Below are positions 11,536 to 24,159 of a stretch of DNA of 64,000 nt, piece after piece. The first letter of the stretch is position 1. The number at the start of each line of letters is the position of its first letter. The DNA is taken from assembly GCF_044704955.1 (NCBI RefSeq), contig NC_091977.1, positions 38,564,001 through 38,628,000 on the forward strand. The letters are read 5' to 3'. Position numbers and translations under genes: made by a program. Under the pieces are notes generated by a model. It saw nothing but the letters and a program-made list of their open reading frames with translations, was not told the origin of the DNA and made no database searches. Source of the DNA: Pristiophorus japonicus (lineage: Eukaryota).

Positions 11536-14500
11536 TGCGGACAATGTGGTCGGAATGATTCAGGTTCAGGTCCGCACTTCCGGACCGGTATTTCGTATTC
11601 GGGTGGGAAGCATCGGGTGCAGAATCTCGACAGACACATGCGCAGAAGGACAGAAAAAACACTGTACAGATAGTCAGTCCCAAAAAATAAGTCTCGAAGA
11701 GGTGTAAATGGGAATGGCAGAATCATTAACTGCTATGTGAAAAACTAGTTACACGTTGTGGTCTGAAATTATTGAACTATTTGGCACCTGGTTAAATCTG
11801 TTAATACATTAATTTGTATTCAAACATTCCACTTCGAAGGATGCTACATTTCCACTGTGGCATAATGTTACTGTTGGTACTAAAACATACAAGTCTGTCC
11901 ATAACATTGCACTTGAAAATCTGCAATATTTACGTTGTTGCATGATTTCAATTTGTGTCGTCATTAATGCATTCATTTCTACCCAAAACCGTTCCCCAGA
12001 GACGCACCATGTAGTGTCCCTCTTACCTTATTTTCTCGTTCTCGCAGCAGTCTTATATATCAGCAGGCTTGTATATCATATTTTCTCTTTGATTTGCCCA
12101 ATGATTACAATGAATTCAGTGCATACTTACAAATGCAGACACATCTTACAATGTCTTCTTTGCTTAATCTGTCTCCTGGACGACGTCTTCCAGAGGTCAT
12201 TGTGCACCAACTGAATGTCGTTCAAACTGTTATAATATGGTGGTCTTGCATATCAAACCAGTCTGAAGGTCAAGAATGAAGAGATTTTACTGTAGTCCAG
12301 GCCTGTTGGCCATCTTAAGAGCTTTAGGCACAAACCGACCTTCACTTTAAATGTAAATAGAGAGCAAACCGACATACAAGTTTAAACTTCATCCCATCTA
12401 AAATTATACAGTGATATGACCACTGAACCAAATCTTACAGATTCTGAATTCACTTTGACTTAGACCTCCTAAAACTTAAACCATCATTTGAAATGGTAAA
12501 AGTTATCATACTTTGCTCACTTGGGAACCAGAGTGCCTGAGAATTGTTACTGTTCCGTTTACTTTGTTGGTAATTATGCAACATAATTCTCGGAGAATAC
12601 GAATATTGTACTTGAAGTACATAGCCTACACGATGGTACATTATATGACAGTAATCATTCTCATTGTTTTCAGAACTTTTCCACAAGCTCTAACCAGCTG
12701 CACTATTAAAATGTACTTAAAATATATATATTTTCATATATTTGGTTTTGGTGTGGGCAATACATTAGAAAGAAGAATTCACTGATTTGTGCATTTGGAA
12801 TATGTGGTAGCTTCAAAATGGAGTTTAACAGATGAATTATTGGACTACATTCAGAAATTTGGTGGAAAATATGCTGATCTATCAAAGTACTGTATCTCAT
12901 TTATTTCCTGCGAGAATACATAGCAGCTATCCTTCTCCATGTGATGCAATTTTCTCTGTTTTTGCCAACCCACTTATCACATCTTGACAATTTGCCAGTG
13001 TCAGTCGAGGGTGATCATTTCTTGTGGCTTGAGATGGATTTTTGAAGTTGTTTGCAAAGAGAGACTTTGATTAGTAACAAAAAAGTAAAATTGTCTACCA
13101 GGTCCTTTTTCCCTCAAATTTCTGTCTGAACATATTTAAATACATTATTAATAATAGATGCAATGCAGACTTCAATGAAAGTAGCATGATTTTCAGGTTC
13201 TCTTTTGGTCAATATTTTGTAAGAAAATTTTTTTAATTTTCACGATAACTGCTTTTGGAGAGGTTTTCAAAGTGTGAACTTCATATTGGTGCTTCACCTT
13301 TCATTATGCCGTTGTGACCCTATGTCCCTTAGCTGATATAGTTTTGTTTGTTGCAAATTGCCATCCTAATTCGAACCACCTGCCTTACGGACTCCAATCC
13401 AAATAGGCCTCAATGCATTGAAAATACTTGTGTCAGAACATCACAACAGGTCGGCCCATCTTGTTGAATATGGTGATATCATGATGTAATTGTGGCCAAC
13501 AGGTCATTCGGACAAATGTGGATGTGGGCCAATGGAAGGAAGTCAATCTGAATTATGCTGATTCAGCCTTGTCTATTAAAAGCTCCGTTCTGCTCCATTC
13601 AAAGAAAACTTCATGAAATGTAGATACTTAATTGGTTCAGGGAAGATCTTCAAGAAGGTTGAGAATATCCACCCCAGGGAAGCCATCATGAAGGTCAGCC
13701 AGGACCTCCAAGTATGATTTGAACGAAGAGTTTTGGAACTTAACCTGTGGTGACAGTTAGTGATTTATAAGCTGGTGGAATTCCAGTGTTCAGAGCGGGC
13801 GAATCCCAACCAATCCAAGCATATCAAAAACATAAAGGCAAACAACTGAGCCTGTTAATCCTGGCAAACATTAAATATATATTTATTAAAAAGCTGCTAA
13901 CACATTTATCTCGCTAAGTTTTCTTTCAAATTTACCAGTACAATTCTACCTTTTTCATTCAGTGGTGCTGATTACAATATTGTTTGTTTTAGTCAGTGTA
14001 GATAACTATGTCTGAATGTATCCCATGTAATAATAGTGAGATAGTAAATAAGTACAAAAACTGTCTGAGGAGCTGAAAAGTATTCGACAATAAATTACAG
14101 CCATTAGTGTCAATAAAGATATTTGACAGAATATATTTTATTATTCAAATTGAGCATGTGGATATTAAGTTGATGTAATACTTAGGATAGGAGTTCAAAA
14201 GACAGATATTTTATTGGACTGGTACTAGGTGTGACTGAGAAGGATGTTTGGGTAACTTCAGGGAATTGTTCTTTATTGGTGTTTTAAATTGAAGGCAAGC
14301 AGTGATGTTCTAAATTTCTTTTAAAACTGGAGGACCTCCCAAAGTATTGGCAGCAGACTGTGTAGCTTAGGGACCTATTATTATTTAATGGGTCAGGTGT
14401 GTCAACCAAGGGGCTCGGGAGCTGGAGTAAAGCAGTGATGTAAACCAAGGTGTAGAGTGAGAACGAACTGGAGCTCCAGGTTGAACGAGAAGGAAGGAGA

Positions 14501-14987
14501 ACCTTGTTGAAGTATTCAAGGTGCGCCTGTCAAAGATTTGGAGCAGCCCAGCTGGACAAGGAACATGATGCACAGCCTGGCTTGAAAGCAAAGCACAGGT
14601 GACTGTGGAGAAGAAAGGTTTTGTGCAATATGATTGGTAAATAATAAAAGTAGCAAATAACTAATTAGAAAGAAGAAAAGTACAGAGTAACAACCAATCA
14701 TGCAGCAGAGAACAGATGATGTCCAAGGCAGAAACAAAACATTTTGTAAAATAGAAATGATTGTTAATTGTACTGGTGAACAAATGCTTATTATGTTTGC
14801 ATAGCATTTATCTGTCATTATTTTAACAGAGGCATTAAATGGGTTAATCCCTCCACTAAAATAGCAGACAGAGGAATAGCATACCACCAATAGTCATTTC
14901 TTGGCTATAGTCACCACTCTTGAATGTATATAGTGCAGGAAAAACATCTTTTGAAGAAATGAAAATTATTTTGCATGTGTGCTCAGT

Positions 14988-15405
14988 GCTGTCAGCCTTG
15001 GCTCAGAAGAGCTTTTGCATTCAGACTCAACTCCACAGACTTGAGTACATATTTTCGGCTGATACTGCAGTGCAGTGCTGAGGGAGTACCTCGCTGACGG
15101 AGGTGCTATCTTTTGGATAGCGCGGCAAACCGAGACCCTGTCTGCTCTCTCAAGGTGGATGTAAAAGGTCCCACGCTTCGATTGGAAGAAGAGCAGATGA
15201 GTTTCCCCCCCAGTGTCCCAGCTGAAATTTATCCTTCAACCAACATCACTAAAACAGATTAAATTGTCATTGACCCCATTTGCTGTTTGAGTGACCTTGC
15301 TGTGTGCAAATTGACTGCTGTGCTTCCTTATATTAAAATATTTAATTAAATTTGCTTTGGAATATCCTGAGGTTGTGAAATAAATGCTATATAAATGGAA
15401 GTGTT
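14988..15405 (+). mobile_element. Deu-domain SINE, diverged
   Basis: tcagccttggctcag head, gcagtgctgagggag..ggatgtaaaag.tccca core, aatgctatataaatg tail. Confidence 0.82.
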
Positions 15406-15864
15406 CTCCTCAGATCATAAATCACAGTGGTTTATTATTTCTATGTGGCAGTGGTCTTGCTCGAGTTGACCAGGAGTAAAATGGTTCAGTAGCTCTAGTG
15501 AGCAAGACGCTGACAGTTAAACTCGGTGGAATGATTAGCTTGCTTAGTTTTCACATCTGTTACCATGGCTAATTACTTATGGGGCTCAGATTTAACACTG
15601 CATCACCAGCTAGAGCCCAGTAAATTTACAAATGACCCAGCAATGATATAAGTGTGACTGGTTCAATGGACAGAAAAATACATTATATCGCTGTTGCATG
15701 CTCCCTGCACAGATCTCCCAGATGAAAGGAGCTACTTTTACAGAGTTTTTACAATTGTTTCTTTATAAAGAACCATATCATTTAGATAAAGGAAGTATAT
15801 TTTTATGATTATATGTTATACACCCTATATTATATATCATATATTATGTGATATGTCATATAAC

Positions 15865-16720
15865 GGGGAAGAAGTTGCGGGACGGAGGCTCCCCATGGGC
15901 GGATACCTCCGACCTGCAAAACATCTGCAAATTTACCCGGTGATCCAAGAGGTTCATAGATTCGCACTCTGGGCCTCTATACGTAGACCTGTGTAGAGAT
16001 CCTCGCATGACATGGACGCATGTGGTTTGCTAGTGCCCCTGGGATCACATGGGCTTGCCCGACCAATGAAAGAAGGGAATCTCCATTTCATGATTGAACT
16101 GCTATTTAATTAAATATTTGAAACAAAAATTTTATTAAAAAAAAATTATGGGGGCGAAATTCACATAGTTTGCGACTCCCGTTAACACCTCTACCCATGC
16201 TAACGGGGCACAAACAATTTTTTGCATGGAGGGAGGGGCGGGCAATACCGGCCCGCCCCACAGAATTGCGCGGGAGTTAGCGGGAGTGCAAAACTGGCAG
16301 CGCCCCGTTCCTGACGAAAACGCCCTGGGCTGCTGCGCCAGTGAAGATGACGTAATTGCCGTGTGCTGCCACCCGTTTTTGGCCGGCAGCGGAAATTGGG
16401 CAGCGCACTGTGAGGCGATGTTTGTGCCAACCTTGCGGGTCGCGAACCGGGACACACCGCTCGCAAGACAAAAGTTAAAGTGCAGGTGCGCGGAGTAATT
16501 TTGTTTCCCCAGCCTTCCGTTGTTTATTTCACGGGGTCCGTGCCACGATGGTACAGACTGGCACTCCGCTTCTGTGCCGGGCTGTGGCCACGGATTCTTG
16601 ACAGAACGCAAGTTCCGGGTTTCAGTGCATTGGCAGTACATGCCTAAACCCGGAACTTGTGGGGCCCCAAAGGATGTGTATGCACCTCGTACGCACCCGT
16701 AGAGGCTGCAAATTCAGACC
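15865..16720. mobile_element. Nested GC-rich MITEs with GGGG-N3-AATT-type termini (PIF/Harbinger-like); inner element ~16150-16510
   Basis: Outer GGGGAAGAAGTTGC ... GCAAATTCAGACC; inner begins GGGGGCGAAATT; CpG-rich block in AT-rich surroundings with no coding signature. Confidence 0.55.
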
Positions 16721-16742
16721 TTTATATTTTATCACATTTATT

Positions 16743-17346
16743 GGGCTGGAGTTTCAGCTGTTCTGTTTTCGGGGCAATAATGGTGGCGGGGCAGGAAAGT
16801 TAGCGGCCGGGAATAGTTTGCGCTTTAGTATTTAAGTTTGGGCATCTGGGCACTGCATCAGGGGGCACAGTGCTCAGGGAGGCATTGTACACCTCTCTTG
16901 GCACAAGGAAGGGAATCTCCGGAGCTAAATAGCCAACCAGGGAGCGCTCCGAGAAAGCCCTGGGGGAGGAGGAAACCTAAAGAAAACCCACAAAAACATT
17001 CCTAAAACATTGCCCATGCCATCGCAACACAAATATTTAAAACAAAAAACACTCGCACTTACTCTTGCAGTACTTTACCTTCGTCTCTAGAACTGGCATG
17101 TCTGGTCGGCTCTGATTTCCCAGGCGGTCATTGCAGGCGCACTTTCGGGCGGGCAAGACTCAATCCTCGCGCCGGTGTCGCAACCAGAGGCATTGCACAC
17201 CTGGTGCAGCTCTTTCCGGCGGTCCTGCTCCATGCCGCCGCAAAACCTGACCGCAGGATCACGGCGGGGCACTGGAGACCTCACCATCGCCTTTCACGTC
17301 GCTCTGGCGCGAAACCTGGAGCGCAAAGGACTGGAAAATCCATGCC
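16743..17346 (+). mobile_element. PIF/Harbinger-like MITE, same family as 51984-52611
   Basis: Termini GGGCTGGAGTTT / AAAATCCATGCC; shares internal blocks (ggtggcggg..ttagcg.ccggg..gtttgcg; gggaggc.tt..acacctctctt; tttcccaggc; ttgcacacc) with the 52-kb copy. Confidence 0.7.
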
Positions 17347-18195
17347 TTTATATTTTATGACATTATATATCAGTGATTTTCACTGCAGTTTGAGGTTTAC
17401 ATTATGTACTGGTCCTCTTCTCTTATGATTATAGAGTCTTAGATAGAAGTTACACTGCAGCCAGCATCAATGCACTCACAGAGGTCACTGTTCAGCAGGT
17501 ACTTTTAATGTTAGAAAACCACAACACTCGTCTTGCCTTAATTTGAAAACATTACATTTTAACATTTCCAGGCGATCGACCAGCATGTGGGTATTTGTAA
17601 AACCTAGCTTCATGTCAGACTGGAGGTATACCATCGTGGTGATGGCTTGAAGCAGTATGGGGGACCCTCAGATCTGGGGGTGAGGTTTGTCTCATATTGT
17701 GTGGCTTTAGAGCACTCAGCCATCGAATCTAGACTCATGTTAGAGCTATGTTGCTACTCCGTATGCTTTACATTAATGTAAAGTGGCACCCATAAATTCA
17801 AACCTTAGTAGGAACAAGGGAATTTCAGCCCATTGAGTGTGTTCCGCCATTCATTTCCAACATGGCTGATCTGTATCTTAACTCCATCAACCTGCCTTGA
17901 AGTTGTCTATTTCTCTTTCTTCAAATTATGTATTAATTTCTGCTTGAAAATATAATGCTGGTTGTGTCCTATTATCTCCTGGATTCCTTGCGTAATGTCT
18001 TTATACCAAGCATTTCAATACAATGTTTTCCCAAAAGAATGTGACTTATTTCATTTGAATCTATACCAGAAAGTGTTCTGAACATGTCGCTGGAATCGTT
18101 TGGTAGTTTTTAATAATAATTACTTTTATTTATATAACGCCTTTAACGTACTGAAATGTTATATCGGTTATGTTTCTGTAAGTGTTAGACATTTA

Positions 18196-18304
18196 GGTCA
18201 CGATTTTCCACTTCTGTGCTTATCAGCCCATGATTTGCCACCAATTCATTTTAGTGGATAGAAAATCACAGGCTGGAGATCACAGAAGCGACAAATGTTA
18301 GTCT
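18196..18304. repeat. Short imperfect palindrome, probable mini-MITE
   Basis: cttctgtgcttatcagcccatgattt (18211-18236) is an imperfect inverted match to aaatcacaggctggagatcacagaag (18263-18288). Confidence 0.55.
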
Positions 18305-18932
18305 TTAAGTTTAAATCTGTGGCACTTCATTCTGTACCTTATTCTCCCTTTACACACACAGATGGTTATGTCAATAATATACAGCTGACTGTTCTAAATA
18401 ATGGTCTTGAAAACATAATTGCAGAACTTTGCTGTGGTTGAAGCATTATGTCGCAAACATGTTATTTTGTTTCAAGGAGGAATGTTCAAAATTCAAGACT
18501 TTGTCATTCATAAACACTTCATGATTATACTAGGCTGGGAATCTATCTGTAGTTCATCTCTGTCCAGAGACCAATTGACCATAGTGAACACCTGCCATTA
18601 GCCCCAATCTAATTTAGGTTTCCATTTGTAGTGGGAATACATGATATGCACTATGCTACAGAGACCAATTTGCAGTTGTCGTTTCTGTATCTTCACACTC
18701 TTCCCTTGGAAAACAGTGTGAAGTAGTGGAAGATTCCTAGACTGACTTACAGTTTGACAGGTCACAACGTAAACTTTTATTCCATGGTCGGAACCATCTC
18801 TTGCACCAGTCCTATCTGATGAGGGTAATGGCTATTCATTCTCACCGGACCAAAGTATCCCATTGGATGTCAAAGCAGAATTCAGAGCACCATGCTGGGA
18901 CTATCTTGAGCGTGATATAAATCTTGCCAAAG

Positions 18933-19350
18933 TGTCAGCTGTGGCTCAGTGGATAGCACCCTTGCCTCTCAGTCAAAGGTTTGTGGGTTCAAAGCCCCAG
19001 TCTAGACACTTGAGCACAAAAATCTAGGCTGACGCTCCAGTGCAGTACTTAGGACAGCTTCACTGTTGGAGATGCCGTGTTTTGGATGAAATGTTAAACT
19101 GAGGCCCCGTCTGCCCTCTCAGGTGGACGTAAAAGATCCCATGGCACTATTTTGAAGAAAAGCAGGGGAGTGTCCTGGTCAATATTCATCTCTCAATCAA
19201 CATCATTAAAACAGATTCGCTGGTCATTATCACATTGCTGTTTGCGGGAGCTTGCTGTGCACAAATTGCCTGCCGCATTTCCTACAATACAACAGTAGCT
19301 GGAAAGTGCTTTGGAACACCAGTAAAGGCACTTTATAAATGGAATTCTTT
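18933..19350 (+). mobile_element. Near full-length tRNA-headed Deu-SINE
   Basis: A-box TGGCTCAGTGG (~18941), B-box GGTTCAAAGCC (~18986), Deu core and L2-like tail. Confidence 0.88.
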
Positions 19351-19477
19351 ACATTTTTTTCAAAGGCTCACTCCATCATCAGTTTATAATGCAATGGAGG
19401 TGTAAGCCTATTTAATTAAATGCTATAAAATAGGCATTAGCACAATTTTATATATAAAAATATGAATAGTTATTTGA

Positions 19478-19566
19478 AGCCATGATCTTATTAAATGGCG
19501 GAGCAGGCTCGAGGGGCCAGGTGGCCTACTCCTGCTCCTACTTCTTATGTTCTTATGTTCTTATGG
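19478..19566 (+). mobile_element. Extreme 3' end of CR1, (TTCTTATG)n subfamily
   Basis: gccatgatctt..gagcaggctcgaggggcc..ggcctactcctgctcct followed by three TTCTTATG units. Confidence 0.85.
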
Positions 19567-19804
19567 ATTATGAGAGCAGCTCTTTACATCGTCGGTTCGT
19601 CTCTTCTTTTAAACAATGCTGAATTGTGATGATATATTTGTGGGGCTTGTTTTCAGATATTACTGAAGCAGGCTGTATAAGAGGATGAGTTAGTACGTAC
19701 AGTTGGAACACAAGGTCATTGAAACATCCTGAGTTAATGGCTGTCTATGTGTGCTGATTACCTCATACTGTTGGGCTAAATATCTCCTCTCAAATAGTTT
19801 CCCT

Positions 19805-20215
19805 GGTGATACCATCTACTGGACTAGTAATCCAGAGAAGCTGAGTTCAAATCCCACCCTGTGGCAGTTTGCGAATTTAAATTCAGTTTTTAAAAGCTGG
19901 TAACAGTGACGATGAAGCTGTCTGAGTGTTATCGAAACCCAACTGGTTCAATGATGTCCTGTAGGCAAAAAAACTTGCCGTCCACACCTGGTTTCACCTG
20001 TATGTGTCTCCAGTCCCAAACCAACGTGGTTAACTCTTAAGTTGCCCCTGACATGGTCTAGCAAGCCACTCAGTTGTATCAAAACCTCCACAAAGAAGAA
20101 CAAGAATCACCTTCACTGCACAGATTGCAGCAGTTGAAGAAAAAGGCTCACTGCTGCCTTCACAGGGCAACTGAGGATGGGCAATAAATGCCAACCTTGC
20201 CCGCCTTCCTCACTG
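19805..20215 (+). mobile_element. tRNA-derived SINE, second family (LINE-like tail GGGCAA..GGATGGGCAATAAATGC)
   Basis: actggactagtaatccagag..GAGTTCAAATCCC B-box; colinear with 29146-29935. Confidence 0.75.
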
Positions 20216-21433
20216 CTGAAGCAAAGAGGTTGAAACATTGAAACAAAGACAAGGATATCAGAGTTGATCTTCATGAAATTTCAATGCTGAATTTACAAAC
20301 TAGATAGTGATGCTGATGCAGTCTCCCTCGTGGGGTGGAATCACTCTCATGCAGGGTTTCAGTAAGAAACTGAAGGCATTCGTATTTAACGGCTTTGTCT
20401 GTGGATTTTAATGGACGTGTTGGCCCCTTGAAAACAAACCGATTAACACCTTTGTTAAAACAGCAATTGACAATATTTCACTGCAGTGGACCTTCAGTGA
20501 ATCCTATCCCATTAATCTTTTTTTTGCTGTATTTTGGCTGCTCTGCTTTTACTCAATGTATGGTAGGTGTGGCTATGTGCACAAGAGATGCGCCCTCCCC
20601 GAACAATTAACACAAAAATGGTGCAGATGCTTCCTGGACTCCCAATCACTGGTTCATCATTAGAATTTGTAATTTTTAAATTAAATTACGAGGTAACACC
20701 TCACTTGGAGTGTTAACTCCATGCTTCTAAAGTAGATTTATTAACACTGTCAGGGTGAGACTGGAGCAGTCGCCAAAAGTAATTCTGTGGCTACTTGTAA
20801 TACCATTGCAATGGAAATCTAGCCGTCTCTATGGCACATTGTAGCAGTACGGAAATCCAGTAGAACTGCTGATGAAAAAAAATGCCATTGTGAGGTCTCC
20901 AAATGTTCTTAATAGTGCTCACTATTCAAAATCAATCCAAAAGATGGGGTTAGACAGGCTTCACGTCATTTTAAATGGAAAATATATGAATGTTCTCGTT
21001 TGAATCACAACATTAATTGAATAGTACATCAGCAATAAAACTAACCCGTATCAGAATTAATTGCATTTTGAAATATTCAGACTTGATTTAAGATTTAGCT
21101 ATCGGTGTGCTGGGGAATGTTTGTTAAACGGATGCCTATATTAGGAAGAGCAAGCACTTAGCACTGCAGTGGCAGGTTGACTATGTTGTTAGATACCGAC
21201 CAAAATTGTTTCTGCTTAATGGGTTGCTGCAGAATTTCTGAGTGCTGTGTAAAGTAATACTGTAGTGAACCATTATTCAACATCTGTGTAGAAAATGTGG
21301 CTAAATGAAAACTGGTTCAGTTTTTTCAGACTGCAACTTGGCTTGTTCAGTATTTTTTTCCAATTTATCTAGCTGGAGAATTCTGGTGCCCACAGCTTGC
21401 TGAAGTTCACCATTCAATCCAGCAGAGGGAAAA

Positions 21434-21530
21434 GTGACAAAGGGTCTCAGACCTGAAACGTGAACTGTGTTTCTCTCGCCACGGATGCTGCCTGGCCTAC
21501 TGAGTGTTTCCAGCATTTTCTGTTTTTGTT
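21434..21530 (+). mobile_element. Penelope-like element remnant with degenerate minimal hammerhead motif
   Basis: gTGAcaA-aGGGTC-tca-GACCT-GAAAC follows the CUGANGA / stem II / GAAAC layout with core mismatches, followed by gatgctgcctg.cct.ctgagt...tccagcatttt, which I recall as a common shark repeat. Confidence 0.6.
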
Positions 21531-22299
21531 GTAGAGGGGCAAATGAAGCAGATCATAAAGGTCAGATAAGATGGATGCCCGTCACATGCTATTTGTGAAG
21601 TACAGCTTAACGTTAAAATGGTGGTTATAGTAACAAATATTCAATTGCTGGATTATGTATTAGATATGGTAAGGTAGAAATTTTGGTCAGCAATCTTCAT
21701 GCATGAATGATTAATACTCTCCTATTCATTCCTGTGTAGACTATTTTTACACACGCATTGACCCCTTGAAAATACGTGGCTTAATGTTATGTAAAAATTA
21801 CACAAACAGGAATGTAGTATGAGAGTGTTAAACATACTGCGTGGCTAGCTAATGGTGGAGACCTACAATCGTTTCTTCGCTCCTCTTAACTGAGGATGAT
21901 GTTTAATGTGTGGAAATAAAGCAACAACAGTGGAACAAAAATAAACATAAAACAAAATTTGTGGTGGTTGAGTGGTGGATTTATATGTAATTCTTGTGAT
22001 TACCAGGTAATGTTACTTTCTGATATCTGCACCAAGACCCTGATGGGACAAGGTCAGGGAGAGGGTGATATGTTTGAAACTTATGCAAGCATCCTGTCAC
22101 TTGTAATGAGGTTATCACTGCTAGTTCACTGACTTTATTATTCCATCTTCAAAATCCAACTTGGAGAAATTAGATTTGGGAAAACTTGGAAATCAGATTT
22201 CAGGAATGAACTGTAGGACCTGGGAGCAATGATGGACTTATCACTGACAATCTCTAGTCAGTGGGATGGAGCAAGTAGAAAAGTGAATGCAGCGATACA

Positions 22300-22706
22300 T
22301 AGAAACAGAACAATGTACAAGGTTATAATGAGGCGGTACAAAGCGCCAGTCAGATCACACTTGGACTAATGTGTACAGGTATGGTTACCATACAACCAAA
22401 GTGATGTGCAAGCTTTGATAACAATAGAAAAAAAAGAGTAGCAAGTATAAGGAGGGTGAGCTACGATGGAGGATGAAAAGAAAAGCTGAATCCCTACAGA
22501 CAAGAGTGAGGTTAGTTAAGGGACCTTGCTCAAGTATATAAAATAGTTAGATAAGTTAAATCCAGAATTTTACTTCAGGCTAGTGAGACCAGAGGTGCCA
22601 AGTATAAACAAATTAAAAATAAATTTGGATTCGATATTGTGTAGAGCTTCTTCTTGAAAAGGGTGATAAATGTCTGGAAAGGATTGGCAGACAGTATGGA
22701 GAGGCA
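22300..22706 (+). mobile_element. Very old CR1 ORF2 3' fragment, interrupted by a MITE and resuming ~23487-23530
   Basis: Remnants of LY..LVR.HL.YCVQ.W.P and FF..RVINVW motifs (gtcagatcacacttggac..tgtgtacag; ttcttc..agggtgataaatgtctggaa). Confidence 0.6.
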
Positions 22707-23486
22707 GGCGTAGAAATTGCCCTCCACCGGAAACGAGGCGCACCTACCATTTTTGAAGTGTTCTGGCCGCAGCAATGGATGCGACGGCCTATCTGGCGAA
22801 ATTTAGCTCCTTGGGATTTTGTTCCAGCGGGGAGGAAATGGGAGCGGAGCGGAGTGGATGTCACTAGCAGGGCGGGAGTGGGGGCGGGGCAGAGTGTCCA
22901 CAGCTGTCAGTCATCAGCGCCGTGCTGATGATGTCATCGCGCTGTCGTGTCATAACATCTCTCCCCTTCAATTAAAGGGGCAGGCCACTGCGAACTCCAC
23001 ATTCATTTTAATGAGGTCCACTGGGCCACCAGGGAGGATTTCAGCCGGACCAGCGGCCTGGCACCCAAGAAGGTGTGCCAGGCTGCTTTTAGCGGCCTGG
23101 CTGATCCTGGGGGCATAATTGTCAGGCCGACCTAGCATTCGACCGACAAAAAAAAAAATATCATGGCGGCTGCGGCAGTGCACCTTCCACTTTAAGGGTG
23201 ATCGTGCCGTCATTTCACAGAGAGCGCACCGACACAGAAAGCTGTCGGAGGCACTGGCCGGTGGCCAGGCTGCTCTTGCGTGGCAATTTCACGAGGGCAA
23301 TTTCACGAGGGGGTCCCCGCGAGACGGTTAGGGGTCGGCACGTGCACGCCGCGCGTAAAACGGGCAGAGCAGTCCCGGGCACAGTTCCAAAACTGAGGAA
23401 GGTCAATTTCTAAAGTGGCAACCCCTCCCCAGAAATTTGGCTTTCCGGCAGCTAGAAGCCTTATCGGGTGGGGCAATTTTGGCCCC
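22707..23486 (+). mobile_element. PIF/Harbinger-like MITE
   Basis: TIR-like GGCGTAGAAATTGCCC / GGGCAATTTTGGCCCC; 3-bp direct repeat GCA on both flanks; a second copy lies inverted at 24160-24895. Confidence 0.78.
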
Positions 23487-23585
23487 GCAGACTTAAGCGA
23501 CATGCAGGCATATACTGGGCTGGGAGAGTGAAAATACAAGAATACTCGCATCACAAATGTTTTTGTTACTGAGCTAAATAACCTG

Positions 23586-23689
23586 AAAGAAGAATGAAAG
23601 AATTGCATTTCTATAGCGCCGTTCACGACCTCAGGACGTCCCAAAGCGCTTAACAGCCAATGAAGTATCTTTGAAGTGTAGTCACTGTT
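23586..23689 (-). mobile_element. Deu-SINE 3' end
   Basis: Reverse complement of aacagtgactacacttcaaag..ggctg..aagcgctttgggacgtcctgaggtcgtgaa.ggcgctatagaaatgcaa. Confidence 0.8.
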
Positions 23690-24159
23690 CACGCTTTACT
23701 GTATAATGTTGCTCTGAATCTAGATTTCATTTAAATTTAACTGAATTTTTAAATTTGAAAGATTTAATTCAATTGTTATTTGTTAATAATTATATTGGCA
23801 AAAGCCAAAGTCCTTGAAACGCAAGGAAACTATCAAACCAAAGGACAAGGCTCGCTAATCTATTTAAATGCTAGCTGTCTTGATGCTATTTCCATCAGTA
23901 CTTAGACTTCCCGATAGCAATACACCTAACAGCTATATGTAAGCCTTAACACCATTTTAAATTCCTTACCTAAGTACTGCCATCTACAAATTTAGATCAG
24001 CTTCAGAAGACCTATTTCAGAACTTCCAAAACTAAATCCAAACCCAATGCAGATTTATTGCAAAGCTTATCTCTATCTCTCAGCACGATGTGTTGTGAGA
24101 AAATAAATTTCCTGGTCACTGGTTTAAAATTTCCTCTCTCAATAGAAAATATGACACCG

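Noticed and set aside
17572-17680. Possible plus-strand exon (tttccAG ... GTGAGG)
   Set aside because: Stops in all three frames, a weak donor and no supporting context.
18933-19010. tRNA gene suggested by A/B boxes (also at 29146-29215)
   Set aside because: No complete cloverleaf, and the sequence continues into a SINE body; these are tRNA-derived SINE heads.
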